From an uncultured virus (IMG/VR IMGVR_UViG_3300014205_009245) (taxonomy: Duplodnaviria; Heunggongvirae; Uroviricota; Caudoviricetes): 64,000 nucleotides of DNA. The notes beneath the pieces were generated by a model that saw only the letters and a program-made list of their open reading frames with translations, did not search any database and was not told where the DNA came from. The translations under genes and the position numbers were made by a program. Positions within the stretch are counted from its first letter, which is position 1; each line of letters begins with the position of its first letter. Shown piece by piece: positions 26,802 to 37,514 of the stretch. The stretch is taken from IMG/VR virus record IMGVR_UViG_3300014205_009245, one strand, 5' to 3'.

Positions 26802-27511
26802 TATTTTTCGATAATTGAATTTACCGATCCCATCTGGGCGCTAATTTTAATTGAACTATCTGTTTTGGCTCGGGCTGTTCCGGGCTGTATCCAATTCTGT
26901 AAGCCTTGCTGCATTCTTTGCCATAATCCTGGATTTTGTGTCCGCGGCGCTTGCAATTGTGGTGCCTGTGGTTGTCTTTGGGCATATTGCCGCTGGATAT
27001 CCTGTAGCGCCTTAGTATACTCAGGGCTTCGCTCCATTGTACCAAAAGACCTTTTAATCGACATCATCAATTGCTGAATCCCCTGCACTAATTGTGACGC
27101 CAACGCAGAGTCTTTTTGGGTTGTAGCGCTCATTTGATTCAGCATATTAACAACTGAATACACTTGTTGAGTGATTTGAGGACTTATTGACTGCGGGTTA
27201 ACGCTTGACAAATATTTTAAAGCTGCTAATGCTTCCTGAATAGCTTTGTTATATGGTCTAATCAATTGATTATTCAATATATTGCCGAATGATTTAATAG
27301 CATCCCGAAGCATTTGGGCAGCACCACCACCAGCAGCAGGAGTAGCAACTGCAGCCGGAGCAGGTGCAGCCGGAGCAGGTGCAGCCGGAGCAGGCGCAGG
27401 AGCGGCAGGAGGCAAATTTGGAGTGCCAGGAACCCCGACAAAAGGATTGCCAGATTGTTGCGCAAATTTACTTATACATTGATTTATGGGTTTTACTATT
27501 AGATCCATCAA
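26801..27511 (-). CDS. Gln/Pro/Ala-rich low-complexity protein
   Basis: PAAPA repeats; KFAQ and KISAQ motifs. Confidence 0.7.
   Translation of the reverse strand: MMDLIVKPINQCISKFAQQSGNPFVGVPGTPNLPPAAPAPAPAAPAPAAPAPAAVATPAAGGGAAQMLRDAIKSFGNILNNQLIRPYNKAIQEALAALKYLSSVNPQSISPQITQQVYSVVNMLNQMSATTQKDSALASQLVQGIQQLMMSIKRSFGTMERSPEYTKALQDIQRQYAQRQPQAPQLQAPRTQNPGLWQRMQQGLQNWIQPGTARAKTDSSIKISAQMGSVNSIIEK
27351..27400. repeat. 15-bp tandem repeat (GCAGCCGGAGCAGGT x3, last copy with one mismatch) encoding PAAPA
   Basis: Seen directly in the sequence. Confidence 0.85.
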
Positions 27512-27534
27512 ATTTCTCCGATTTTCTCCAATTA

Positions 27535-27605
27535 CTTATACCGAATTGATTGTATCTATTCCTTTGGAAATTTCAAAGGACAATTCAGTGCTAGCGCCGT
27601 ATAAT
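27535..27605. promoter_or_regulatory. Back-to-back AAGGA-N18-GTATAA promoters
   Basis: Minus strand 27535-27564 (AAGGA-N18-GTATAAG) and plus strand 27576-27605 (AAGGA-N18-GTATAAT), between divergent genes. Confidence 0.6.
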
Positions 27606-27611
27606 TAATCT

Positions 27612-28811
27612 ATGCCGTGGAAAAATGTATATCCAATCAAAGTTGCCACAACCGTGCAAGAAGGTGACTCGATATCAGAGCACCTCTCAAAAGGACGAAC
27701 CTACTACATTCACGATATAGATCGATATTGCACAGATGACTATAATGTCAACCTGGCCCTTGATGAAACAAAAAAGGGGTATTCGATTGGCTTATATGTT
27801 ATTAATACCAAACTGGGCATTTCTGGTTATCAAGAATATTGGCATTTCAAAAAAAATGAGAAAAAATCCGCCATAAAAACCTACGAAAACATACAAAAGA
27901 TCGTCGAAAAAACTACCAAAGATATGACTTATAGCCTTCAACCAATGACAGGAGTTAAAACTCAATTACGTGCTGCCCTTGATAAAACCGATGTTGAGCA
28001 TAAAGAACGTAGCAATGTGCCTCTATATAATTTTTATATTGCAGATATAGAAAAGGCACCAGATTGGAGAAATACCATTTACGGAAATCGATACCCCGAT
28101 ATAAGTTCAGATTCTACCCTAAATCAATTTTGGAGCATAAAAGACCCTAATCAAACAGTTAAAAAGAAAGGAACAGGCCGGAATCGAGTCACGACATACC
28201 GATATTCTATGGATATGTCGGATGTTTTAAGTGCATTACAAAAAATGTGGCCCGACGAACCAGTTTCCTCCATAATTCAATTTGTGGACAAATACGAAAG
28301 ACAAGGTGGCACTAAAGAAGAGTTATTGCAGAAAATATTTGATCCGGAACCACCCAAAGAAATGGTTATGTCAGAACCAAAAGAACGGGCCAAAGACCCA
28401 CCAAAACAGCCAGAACCCTTTGCTACTAATCAAACAATAGCAATACCTATGTTGAGGTCTCTTTCTTATGCTGCTAAAAAAGCTTTTAAGAAAATCAGGC
28501 CCAGAGCACAAAAATCAGACTGGAAATACATATTTAGTGCTAAATATTTAAATCGTATAACCGAAACCATTGAAAATGAACAAGATATAGCAAATCGATT
28601 GATAGAGTTAAGTGCAGATGGCACAGCCTGGACATATTCAGTGCTGCCTTTTTCTCATCAAGTCACTTTTGTTTCCTTTCAAAATCCAAGCAAAATACCC
28701 GATGAGTATCTTGACTTATCGCGCAATAAAATTGGCTGGAAAGGAAAAATTGTTTCTTTCACACCAGGAGCTGTGCATCGAGAACAAAATCGTGGGCTCA
28801 TGAATGACTAA
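27612..28811 (+). CDS. Hypothetical protein
   Basis: 399-aa ORF. Confidence 0.75.
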   Translation: MPWKNVYPIKVATTVQEGDSISEHLSKGRTYYIHDIDRYCTDDYNVNLALDETKKGYSIGLYVINTKLGISGYQEYWHFKKNEKKSAIKTYENIQKIVEKTTKDMTYSLQPMTGVKTQLRAALDKTDVEHKERSNVPLYNFYIADIEKAPDWRNTIYGNRYPDISSDSTLNQFWSIKDPNQTVKKKGTGRNRVTTYRYSMDMSDVLSALQKMWPDEPVSSIIQFVDKYERQGGTKEELLQKIFDPEPPKEMVMSEPKERAKDPPKQPEPFATNQTIAIPMLRSLSYAAKKAFKKIRPRAQKSDWKYIFSAKYLNRITETIENEQDIANRLIELSADGTAWTYSVLPFSHQVTFVSFQNPSKIPDEYLDLSRNKIGWKGKIVSFTPGAVHREQNRGLMND

Positions 28812-28830
28812 ATCTGTTGTATAATACAAC

Positions 28831-29088
28831 ATGACAGATCTAAGAGAATTTGCGTATATCGTTGAATTTAGCTTTCATCCTAAAGATGAAGTATTCGTAG
28901 TCAGATTTCTGGACAACAACTCTTATGTTCTAAAAATTTCTGATTTACCCAAAAAATTAGTGACCCATAAACCCATGTGGAAAGCCGCCGAGCTAACAGA
29001 AGACCATTCTGCTTTAATAGTGCCAGTCAAAGGAGAAAGGCGGTTGATACCTTTTCATATCATACATTCTAGAGGTAAGCAGCTCTGA
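28831..29088 (+). CDS. Small DUF2442-like protein
   Basis: FVVRFLD...LKISDLP...AELTED..ALI. Confidence 0.4.
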   Translation: MTDLREFAYIVEFSFHPKDEVFVVRFLDNNSYVLKISDLPKKLVTHKPMWKAAELTEDHSALIVPVKGERRLIPFHIIHSRGKQL

Positions 29089-29091
29089 ATA

Positions 29092-30297
29092 CTACAGAAT
29101 CTGGGAGATAGAAGCGAATTCCCATTTAAAAAACTTGATACTTTTAAGATTACTGAACGATACCAATTTAACAAAGTCTGCGTCTAGGCCCATGCCACCA
29201 CCGCCCCCAATATAAAACCCTCCTCCATTCTTTAAAATCCGCAACATTTCGTTAATCCTCGACAGGCATCTGGAAGGATCAACCTTCCAATCTATATGTT
29301 GTTTCCAATCCACAAAAAGAGCATCAAAACACAAAACAAAATCAAAAGAATCGCTGTCAAAAGCCCACGGGTATAAATCAGTATCGCATATTGTTAAATT
29401 GAACCCTTTTTGTATTGCATGTTGATGGATTGTGTGAAATCTATTAGGCAGTCCCCTACAAATCGGTATGTCTATCCCTGAAACATCGACTCCGAGTAGT
29501 TTGCCGGCGATCAGTCCTGGACACGAACCAGGACCAAAGTCCAACCCCTTTTTATATCCCATTGATTTAGCATGTTCTATTACCCTGGAGTATCTATGCC
29601 ATAACATTTCTGCATTTTTAAATCTATCTTCGATATTTGAATCACGAGCTAAATCTTCTAATTGGTCAGCAAAATTATTTTTGTCTCTGTCAAAATCGTC
29701 AGATCTGACATCTGACCATATCGTTGTTGCCTGAATGTCTTGACAAACGGGAAGTGGGAATAACGACGACAAAATTTCCAAATCTCCTTTATCATATTTT
29801 AGTGTAGGCAGATATATATCTCGCCTTTTCCAAAATACACAGATGTTGTTTTTATATTGTATAACAGTAGCTTGGGATAAATCCTGACCAGCAAGTACTA
29901 TACTGTAGCATAAAGTACCAGGAGTAAATAAATTTATATGCCCACCAACTAATACGTCTTTTATTAGAGGAACTACCACTCCAATCGAAGCATCGCTTTT
30001 GGCACAACTAATCATTTTCCGCAAAAAGATGTTGACATTAGAAATGTGCTCTAATACATGCGAACACCAAATCGCATCAAATTTATCATCTGAATCGAAG
30101 AATAACAAATTAGTTTTTACTTTACAATATTCCGGAGACGATGGAATATCTCCATAACTAAGAGCTGTTACTACGCATTGTTTTTGAGAAAAGATATAAG
30201 CAGCTTCCCCATTAGATCCAACATCAAGTACAGATATTCCAGGGCGAAGGTATCTTTTCGCAAACAATTCGATAAGTCGCAAATTCCCATTTATCAT
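29092..30297 (-). CDS. Tandem class I SAM-methyltransferase domains
   Basis: VLDVGS...FDAIWCSHVLEH; second domain LDFGPG...SFDFV...RILKNGG. Confidence 0.8.
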   Translation of the reverse strand: MINGNLRLIELFAKRYLRPGISVLDVGSNGEAAYIFSQKQCVVTALSYGDIPSSPEYCKVKTNLLFFDSDDKFDAIWCSHVLEHISNVNIFLRKMISCAKSDASIGVVVPLIKDVLVGGHINLFTPGTLCYSIVLAGQDLSQATVIQYKNNICVFWKRRDIYLPTLKYDKGDLEILSSLFPLPVCQDIQATTIWSDVRSDDFDRDKNNFADQLEDLARDSNIEDRFKNAEMLWHRYSRVIEHAKSMGYKKGLDFGPGSCPGLIAGKLLGVDVSGIDIPICRGLPNRFHTIHQHAIQKGFNLTICDTDLYPWAFDSDSFDFVLCFDALFVDWKQHIDWKVDPSRCLSRINEMLRILKNGGGFYIGGGGGMGLDADFVKLVSFSNLKSIKFFKWEFASISQIL

Positions 30298-31463
30298 ATT
30301 TTGTGATATCTCGACTTCTTGTTGACCAAATCTTTAAATGATAATCCCCTTAATCCCGGGGAGTTGGTAATGATATGGTATAATAAGTTTCTAACCCGCA
30401 CTCTGTATTCTGAAAATCGGTCTATCTGTTGTAACATTTTTTCAATCGTTTTGGAATCGTCATTATAGCATGGGATTGTTGCTGATCGATAAGCGGCAAA
30501 TCCTAAATTAACTACTGGTTTATCAAATGCCAAAGCTTCGCATCCTAACGTAGAATTAACAACACAAACCACGTCACATGCCGGCAAAAAAGATCCTGAG
30601 TCATATGCCTCACCATCCAAGGGCGGTAGAAAAGTGCAATGGTCGGGAAGTGACATTTGTAATAAATCTACCAGCATTGACTGCTCGGTATCTTTGGGAT
30701 GTCGCCGAAATATTAGATGAAAACGGTCTGAAGGAAAAATTTTTATACAATTTTCTATAAATTCCGATGGAGTATTACACCATGGCGAGAAATGCAAAAG
30801 AACACTGTCTCCAGGAACTTGCATACCGCATAATACGATTGATTTATTCGGCGGAATATTAAACTTTTCGCAGAGATCCTGTTTTGAAAAAATGGTGCCA
30901 CGAGTTTTTTCCTCTCGGAACCTCACAAGCCATTTATCCAATTCCGTCTCTTGATCTTGACTTATATTAGGAAAAGATTCATCAGTCATTGAATTCCACA
31001 AATTCCAACCAACGCAGTCCAACTGATATAAACTTGGCCGTAAAAATCCGCCCTCAAAATGGAAAATGTCAATTGGCCGAACAGGTAACTTGTATTGCTC
31101 AATTAAAGAATTTCTGCTCTCAATATAATCGGAAATTTTAGTATAAGGTCGTTCAAAAGATGCATGCTGAAACACGAATCCAATGTTGTGGTCAATGAGT
31201 AATTTCTCTAAGGCTTTATAGTCAATTTCGTTAGTGGTAATATTTAATTTAACTTTTATACACGTTCTATCTGGTATATCAATATCTCTGAACAATGAAA
31301 TAATAACGACTGGGATATTTTCCTGAATTAGATTCCTAGAAAATACCCTCGACCACGTTCCGTCAAAGTGCTCTATTATGAGAGCTTTTGGTGAACCGAG
31401 TTTTTTTGCATACCACTCTTTAACTTTAGAATCTGAAATCTCATCCGGACTGAGCATTTGCAT
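30294..31463 (-). CDS. KpsS/capsule-modification-like glycosyltransferase
   Basis: FEGGFLRP...LD..G, QVPGDS, RRHPKD, VNSTLGCEAL..DKPV..LG.A.Y. Confidence 0.8.
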   Translation of the reverse strand: MQMLSPDEISDSKVKEWYAKKLGSPKALIIEHFDGTWSRVFSRNLIQENIPVVIISLFRDIDIPDRTCIKVKLNITTNEIDYKALEKLLIDHNIGFVFQHASFERPYTKISDYIESRNSLIEQYKLPVRPIDIFHFEGGFLRPSLYQLDCVGWNLWNSMTDESFPNISQDQETELDKWLVRFREEKTRGTIFSKQDLCEKFNIPPNKSIVLCGMQVPGDSVLLHFSPWCNTPSEFIENCIKIFPSDRFHLIFRRHPKDTEQSMLVDLLQMSLPDHCTFLPPLDGEAYDSGSFLPACDVVCVVNSTLGCEALAFDKPVVNLGFAAYRSATIPCYNDDSKTIEKMLQQIDRFSEYRVRVRNLLYHIITNSPGLRGLSFKDLVNKKSRYHKI

Positions 31464-31770
31464 TATCCAAATCTATTATTTCTGATAAGTAACCATCAAG
31501 TTCTTCTTTTTTTATTCCTCCCGAACTCCATTCTTGGAGCTTCATAACAAAAACTGGTAGCCAGTCATCGCTAATTTTTTCTTTAAATGGCCCCGTTTCA
31601 GAGTATTGAAGCAAATAAACCCCATCTGTAGATTTCACTAGCTCCACCCCTTTGCTTTCAATCACACGCTGAGCTGCTTTGAAAACCTCATCAGGAACTA
31701 TTGGTGTAGCGACTTTACTATCCGTTTTAATAGACTTGCGAAATATAGATATTGACGCCTTATGTGACAT
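31441..31770 (-). CDS. Hypothetical protein
   Basis: In-operon ORF. Confidence 0.6.
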   Translation of the reverse strand: MSHKASISIFRKSIKTDSKVATPIVPDEVFKAAQRVIESKGVELVKSTDGVYLLQYSETGPFKEKISDDWLPVFVMKLQEWSSGGIKKEELDGYLSEIIDLDNANAQSG

Positions 31771-31771
31771 T

Positions 31772-32158
31772 TCACTTCCCTACCTGAAATCCCCGTGTTC
31801 TTATTTGATCTTTACTTTTATTGAAGAGCATATAATATTTTGATGGTATCGCCGTATTAGCCCGAGAGAATGCACCAGACAAACAAGACCATCCTATTTC
31901 ATGTGACACAATTTTTGATAAACACAAAACATATCCATTAAGACTATGCTGCTGTTTTTTAGTTATCATGCCATAAATGTCTTTTTGTATCGTCTCTTCC
32001 ATACCAACAGAAGTAATGCCCAGCATAAAGGACACTGTTGAGCCAATCTCATCTGTTTTTACTTGGGCAGGAGATGCCTTGTCAGATTTTATTGACTGGT
32101 TCATTTGCCTTCCGAAACTAGCCTGCATTATATGACTCCTGCCCCAACACTGTGACAC
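31772..32158 (-). CDS. Hypothetical protein
   Basis: In-operon ORF; start uncertain. Confidence 0.55.
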   Translation of the reverse strand: MSQCWGRSHIMQASFGRQMNQSIKSDKASPAQVKTDEIGSTVSFMLGITSVGMEETIQKDIYGMITKKQQHSLNGYVLCLSKIVSHEIGWSCLSGAFSRANTAIPSKYYMLFNKSKDQIRTRGFQVGK

Positions 32159-32924
32159 TTATCACATCTGTATCTTCTTTAACATCATTCACTTTATCTG
32201 CAATAATTATGCCAATAAGCATATTGTCATTTAATTCTTGAACTACCAATCCTAGATTAGATAATCTATCAGCCGTATTCTGATCATACGACTCATCTAG
32301 TTCAATAGAAATTTGAACTCGTTCCAAAGAATTAGGTGCTTGCTGTGGTAAAAATGTCCTTGCTTTAACTCTGGATTGTTTAATGCCCTCATTATCAAGT
32401 ATTTTACAATTAATATCTATATATCCGGCATCATAAAATCTCTTGTATTCTCTACTGGTCATTGTAGTGCCACGATATCTAACCTGGAGTTTTCTACCGC
32501 ACGGAAACGTGACATCATATGTTTTACCATGCGTCTCTATCTCACCACCAGTTAAAAGCATAGCGCCATCTTTAAAGAAATAGATACACATGCCCTTTTC
32601 GTGCATTCGATATCCATAGCAATCTTTTCCCCGTCGGGTAAGAGTATGAACATTATCTTTAATTCTTCTATTGAGTGGTTTCACTTGGCTTTTATTCTTG
32701 AATTTATTCCACACTTCATCACCACCGAATTGCCGCATATACTTTTCTACTCGCTCCAGTATACGAGGCCATACGACAAATTGGTCTTTATTTTCCGCGA
32801 GAGCACAAATAATGGCATGGTAGCACGATCCTGGCATTGCCGGTATCTTTACTCCATTTATTTCGGTCATTTTATGCTCTGGCAATCTCGTTGAATCCTT
32901 AAACGAATAATTTCTCACCTTCAT
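32118..32924 (-). CDS. Hypothetical protein
   Basis: 268-aa ORF with GTGA overlap. Confidence 0.7.
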   Translation of the reverse strand: MKVRNYSFKDSTRLPEHKMTEINGVKIPAMPGSCYHAIICALAENKDQFVVWPRILERVEKYMRQFGGDEVWNKFKNKSQVKPLNRRIKDNVHTLTRRGKDCYGYRMHEKGMCIYFFKDGAMLLTGGEIETHGKTYDVTFPCGRKLQVRYRGTTMTSREYKRFYDAGYIDINCKILDNEGIKQSRVKARTFLPQQAPNSLERVQISIELDESYDQNTADRLSNLGLVVQELNDNMLIGIIIADKVNDVKEDTDVISVTVLGQESYNAG

Positions 32925-33181
32925 GTTGCTTCCTCATTGTTAACATTCTGAAAAGACTCCTCATTCGGTGCTGCCTCGGGTGATGTTGTCATCTCGCCAC
33001 ACCTCAAAAGTCTACTTAACTGAATCAGGTATCCGTAGCTGTCAACCATATTCGATATTGCCCCACAAACATCCATCCCCTGTAATTGTAACGCTGCTGA
33101 TTGCGGTGAAAGTGCCCCACCATTTACTTGTTGAATAATGCTATTTGCATCAGTATATGCTCGTTTTAACCAGGACATCAA
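32921..33181 (-). CDS. Small protein with MSWLKRA N-terminus
   Basis: In-operon ORF. Confidence 0.65.
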   Translation of the reverse strand: MMSWLKRAYTDANSIIQQVNGGALSPQSAALQLQGMDVCGAISNMVDSYGYLIQLSRLLRCGEMTTSPEAAPNEESFQNVNNEEAT

Positions 33182-33915
33182 CCCACCAATATCAAATCAC
33201 CAAAAGGTGCATTGACCAAAAATTTGTTCCATGAAATCTTATAGTATCCATTTCTATATCTGCGTAATCGTCCTTTGTAGTATTTAGTGTGAGAATCCAC
33301 AACAAAAATCCCGTCATCATCATACCCTCTCACAACAATTGAGTGGAGTTCAGGAGTGCCACCTATGTCAACATACTTGTCTCTATTCCCATCGGCGTAT
33401 GCTGATGACTTGGGCATTTTATGAAGTGCTGTCCAATTAATTGACGCACAAACCGGACGACCATTATCAATATATCTGCGAATCCACTTAGGAAAGTCCT
33501 GATCAATTTTCAGCTGATTATCATGTTCCTCTCTGGAGAGCCATTTAATCATATCGCTGACTCGTCCCTTTTCCCCAAAGTTTCTTGCCCTTCCATAATG
33601 AGTGCGCATTTTTTTTAATTTTTCTATCAACTCATCTTTGCTTAAATCTGTCCAGCTATAATCTACTATATCCAAATCCGCTGTAACGATGGTGATCTTG
33701 GTAAATCCAAGGTCATTCAGAAGACCAGCTTGCTCAGATGTCCACATTCCTTTGTCTCTAAACTTCTGGGAAACCAATTTTCTCACTTGCTGATACTTGA
33801 TTGATGGATCATAAAATGATGCCAGTACAGTAGATGCAGCCAAAGAACACTCTGATGGACGCTGTTTTACTCTCTTTACGTTCAATAATACTCTCTGTTT
33901 TGTCATATTATACAC
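33178..33915 (-). CDS. C39-like papain-fold cysteine peptidase
   Basis: Q...ECSLAA (Cys), HSIVVRGYD (His), VVDS. Confidence 0.75.
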   Translation of the reverse strand: MYNMTKQRVLLNVKRVKQRPSECSLAASTVLASFYDPSIKYQQVRKLVSQKFRDKGMWTSEQAGLLNDLGFTKITIVTADLDIVDYSWTDLSKDELIEKLKKMRTHYGRARNFGEKGRVSDMIKWLSREEHDNQLKIDQDFPKWIRRYIDNGRPVCASINWTALHKMPKSSAYADGNRDKYVDIGGTPELHSIVVRGYDDDGIFVVDSHTKYYKGRLRRYRNGYYKISWNKFLVNAPFGDLILVG

Positions 33916-34045
33916 CGAAGGAGGTTAGTTCTGTGCAATTATAATTAGAAGTAAAATTTCGAAAACCTTTTCGGTGCTGCCAAATCAATCAAATTAGAGC
34001 AAGGCAGGGAGCAAAAAACGGCGTGTAAATGACTGGACACAGATG

Positions 34046-34981
34046 TCACTTGAGATGAATAATTTTATTATTTTTGGAGGCCGATAAAACCTTCCAAATC
34101 ACTTTGGACCACATCGAGGGGCAATGGGTTTCGACTGGGCTGTTTTGGATAATATTCATAGATTTTTCAATTTTGGCTTGAAATACGGCATTGCTTTCAG
34201 TGTGCCCTTTATCCATGTGATTAACATAATAAAGAGGATGATAGCCAATATTTATCTTATTTCTAATGGCACGCTGTGAATATTCCAAGTCAATTTTTCT
34301 CGGTATGCGTTCATCAAAAAACCCCAGTTTATCAAACGTATCTTTTGAAATCATTACACATCCACCCACCAAAAAAGGCCGCGCACCAAACTGCTGAACA
34401 GCCAATGCCCGTCTTACCTGATGAAACTGGGATTGCTCTGGACATGGGACTAAAGCACATATTCCGACATTATTTTCATCCATGAATCGATCTAGATGAT
34501 CTAAAAACCGAGTGTGATTAAATTCTTTCATTCTCCGTTTTTCTGCCCTGCTACGAGCAATCTGAGATGACATTGCGCCTTTCACTGGAGGGCCACAAGG
34601 GATCGACCCTGGGTTCGGCCCAGAATCAGCCGGGTTAGATTGATTCGCAGCGATCTTCTGTGGCGTTGGCGGAATCGTTCCCCTGAAAACAATATCATTA
34701 TCCAATTTAGTACGAAAATCATATTTTTCAGTAAGTGCCAAGAATAAATTCCATGCTTCTGATGTGGTTGCCTCTGTGGGTAGGAAATATGCATTTTTGA
34801 CTGGCAGTAATCCTGATTTAATAAACCCTCTTAGATTATTAGCATCTTTTTCCGGTGAGCAATTGTCTATAATATAAAGGTCATAGCTATTCTTTGGCTG
34901 CTGTGAGTAAAATAAACTCATCAGAGTTTGCTGGGTTAGCTTCCAGCGTCCACGAGTAACCAATCCAAGTGCGTGTTTCAA
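34046..34981 (-). CDS. Family 2 glycosyltransferase
   Basis: IIDNCS, KLDNDI, GGCVMI...FDKLGFFDE...DLEYSQRA. Confidence 0.8.
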   Translation of the reverse strand: MKHALGLVTRGRWKLTQQTLMSLFYSQQPKNSYDLYIIDNCSPEKDANNLRGFIKSGLLPVKNAYFLPTEATTSEAWNLFLALTEKYDFRTKLDNDIVFRGTIPPTPQKIAANQSNPADSGPNPGSIPCGPPVKGAMSSQIARSRAEKRRMKEFNHTRFLDHLDRFMDENNVGICALVPCPEQSQFHQVRRALAVQQFGARPFLVGGCVMISKDTFDKLGFFDERIPRKIDLEYSQRAIRNKINIGYHPLYYVNHMDKGHTESNAVFQAKIEKSMNIIQNSPVETHCPSMWSKVIWKVLSASKNNKIIHLK

Positions 34982-34982
34982 T

Positions 34983-35498
34983 TTACGACTCCAACAACTT
35001 ATAGGCTTTTTCTACCATATTTTTAAAGAACTGTTTTGCGTCTCTTGGGTTATGAAAATGGAATTCGACTTTAGGATATATACGATTCCAAATTATATCC
35101 AAATCAGTGCCACGCTCTATTTCAAACGCTATAGAATTAACAAATCCTAATTGTTCTTCTGGATCCGCAAAATATGAGTTTTGTTCTTTTGTTCTAGATA
35201 GATAATGCACAATCTCATGCATTACCACGAAGAAGTAATCGTCAAAGAATGTTCCCTTTTCGAACATAAATTTATTTAAAAGCATCTGGTCTGCATCTGT
35301 CTCGGCATACTTGTCATCTATCTCTACTATTCGTATTCGTAGGTCATCAATTTTCTCTGGACTAACTTCAAATTCTTCAAATAATTTTCTCATTACACGA
35401 GAATTCTTGATCATATCTTTAATTTTTGATATGATTCTACTCTCATCTATCATTATCTTTTTATTATTTGATATAATAGGGTATCTCATGAACTTCAT
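34983..35498 (-). CDS. HExxH Zn-metalloprotease-like protein
   Basis: VMHEIVHYL...Y.ADPEE. Confidence 0.65.
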   Translation of the reverse strand: MKFMRYPIISNNKKIMIDESRIISKIKDMIKNSRVMRKLFEEFEVSPEKIDDLRIRIVEIDDKYAETDADQMLLNKFMFEKGTFFDDYFFVVMHEIVHYLSRTKEQNSYFADPEEQLGFVNSIAFEIERGTDLDIIWNRIYPKVEFHFHNPRDAKQFFKNMVEKAYKLLES

Positions 35499-35501
35499 CG
35501 C

Positions 35502-36275
35502 CTAAATGCAGACAAAATGATTGTCAAAATAAAGTTTTGATATCATTGTCTCATTGCCGTCATCATACCGAATACCGACTTCGCCTGTCTCTCCGGGCTC
35601 TACGGTAAAAATGCGAGCTACAACCCTCTTGTATTTGTCCCACACTTCTGTATCTGGCATTATCTTTCTTTCGTGTTCGTCTATTTTGAATATGCCTTCT
35701 CCTAAATTTGTAGCCGCCGCCTTGAGTTGTGGAGCACTTTCTGCATCAGTTGAAATTATTTTTGATATACACGAATTAACACTTACATTTTCACCGTCGG
35801 ATATAAATAAACCGCCGATCTCCATGAGTTTAATGCCGCCATTTTCTGCCCGAAGAGCGTTGGCATCAATATACATATGCACTGGATATTCCTTGAACAA
35901 AAAATGAGACAAAGAAATAGTCATGAACACTACCGGATCATGAATATAAGAATTAATTTCTCGGTTCTCAAGTATATCTCTCACGAACAGAGGGAAGGTG
36001 AGAAAAACAACATAATTCTTGTTTTTAGTAAAAGCATCACTGAAGAAGTAAGACACTCTCTGTTGCAGCAATTCGGTGCTATCACTCCATGTTTCTTCAA
36101 AGGATTTGAGACTTAGTATAGCTTTTGCTACTAATTTGCATTGATACATTGAAAGCCAATCGCCTGTATACTTTTTGGATGCACTCTGCACCATTTGTTC
36201 AAATGGGTCCGAGGGGTTATATACCGCAATTGATTCTTTGGTTAATGACCTAATTTTCGACGGCATCCCGTGCAT
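35502..36275 (-). CDS. Hypothetical protein
   Basis: 257-aa ORF. Confidence 0.65.
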   Translation of the reverse strand: MHGMPSKIRSLTKESIAVYNPSDPFEQMVQSASKKYTGDWLSMYQCKLVAKAILSLKSFEETWSDSTELLQQRVSYFFSDAFTKNKNYVVFLTFPLFVRDILENREINSYIHDPVVFMTISLSHFLFKEYPVHMYIDANALRAENGGIKLMEIGGLFISDGENVSVNSCISKIISTDAESAPQLKAAATNLGEGIFKIDEHERKIMPDTEVWDKYKRVVARIFTVEPGETGEVGIRYDDGNETMISKLYFDNHFVCI

Positions 36276-36520
36276 CCTCCTACTTTCTTCTTTTCAGTAT
36301 TAAGCCTTGCAGACTCGGCTATGATTTTTTCATCTAGCTTTTTGCTGGGCGCAGCAGTTGGTGGAGCCATTGTTTGTTGCTTTATGACTCTGCCTTCTAC
36401 TCGAACTACACCATTTTGGACCTGTATTTCCTTCTTTTTTGGCTGGACGGTTTGTCGCATTAATTGCTTATTGCGAAGAATCTGAATCTGTTTCTTAGCC
36501 TTTTCTCTGTCCATCGACAA
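36242..36520 (-). CDS. Basic protein with C-terminal GCTGC
   Basis: In-operon ORF. Confidence 0.6.
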   Translation of the reverse strand: MSMDREKAKKQIQILRNKQLMRQTVQPKKKEIQVQNGVVRVEGRVIKQQTMAPPTAAPSKKLDEKIIAESARLNTEKKKVGGCTGCRRKLGH

Positions 36521-36677
36521 AAATATCCTTTCGCTTAACCAGTCTTAAATAGGCTTTCTTAGAAACTCTCGGCTTAACCTTTGCTGTGCGATATTTGTTT
36601 CTGCGAGAACATACTGGCCCGATATCGCCCTCTGTAACTCTTAGCGCCCTCCCGCATACCGAACAGTATCTCATCAT
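36495..36677 (-). CDS. DUF6011-like Zn finger
   Basis: CSVCGRAL...IGPVC. Confidence 0.6.
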   Translation of the reverse strand: MMRYCSVCGRALRVTEGDIGPVCSRRNKYRTAKVKPRVSKKAYLRLVKRKDIFVDGQRKG

Positions 36678-37351
36678 TCACCTTGTTCTATGAGATTGAC
36701 ACCTGTTAAGTGCTCCTCGAACATTGCCAATCCATCCATGATAATCTGCTTGGCTTCTGGGGTCTTATATTCTTGAGCCAAATGGCTCCAAACATTCATA
36801 AACTTGTCAATAACTATATTGACTGATTTTAATTCACCCTTCAATTTAGCCTGAGAAATATCTATCTCTACAATTTGTTTTGCCAATTTAATGATTATAT
36901 CAGCGGCTTTAACTTCATCTATCATTGGATTACTCGCAATTGATAATAGCTTCTCCTCCATAATAGATTTAATGGCATTTAGCCTTTTCTCGGTATCTAT
37001 TTTATTATTCATAAATAGAGATATTTTTTGGGAATATTCCCTCATCCATATCTTTTGTTCTTGCAAATTATAGTGGTTGAGACAATGATTTCTGATGTTC
37101 TGCACGGACATCGGACATGATTGTGGGTGTTTCGCCTTGAAATCTCGAAAGAATTTAAAGACCGGCGTATAACTGCGTGTTCGTTCAAAGACTTCCTCTG
37201 CATCTGCCCTGGCTGGATGCTCGCAGAATTTACAACCAACTCTGTAAACTATATCATCTGGATCTAATTTGGAAATTTCCTGAAATAGCTTTTCGTATGG
37301 TTTGGGATCAGGAAGCAGTTCTATCTCAAGGTTCTGGTCTGAATTCGTCAT
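36674..37351 (-). CDS. Zn-finger/helical protein (possible terminase-small-subunit-like)
   Basis: CKFC...NHCLNH followed by coiled helices; function is speculative. Confidence 0.4.
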   Translation of the reverse strand: MTNSDQNLEIELLPDPKPYEKLFQEISKLDPDDIVYRVGCKFCEHPARADAEEVFERTRSYTPVFKFFRDFKAKHPQSCPMSVQNIRNHCLNHYNLQEQKIWMREYSQKISLFMNNKIDTEKRLNAIKSIMEEKLLSIASNPMIDEVKAADIIIKLAKQIVEIDISQAKLKGELKSVNIVIDKFMNVWSHLAQEYKTPEAKQIIMDGLAMFEEHLTGVNLIEQGE

Positions 37352-37514
37352 ATGCGGGCTCCGGGTGTAGTTCTAGATAATCTCCATACGTCATTTCTAA
37401 TAATTTTAGAAACTGAGGAACGTTAATAAACCCAGATCTTAACTGTTCCATCAAGAAATCAATTTGGCTTTGTAAAAAAGCATCACGTTCCGATTTTTTG
37501 TTCTTCGTACTCAT
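37326..37514 (-). CDS. Hypothetical protein
   Basis: Overlaps both neighbours; SD GGAG. Confidence 0.55.
   Translation of the reverse strand: MSTKNKKSERDAFLQSQIDFLMEQLRSGFINVPQFLKLLEMTYGDYLELHPEPAYDEFRPEP

Noticed and set aside
33913..33976. Imperfect inverted repeat CACCGAAGGAGGTT / AACCTTTTCGGTG upstream of the peptidase
   Set aside because: Short, imperfect and with a long loop; not enough for a call
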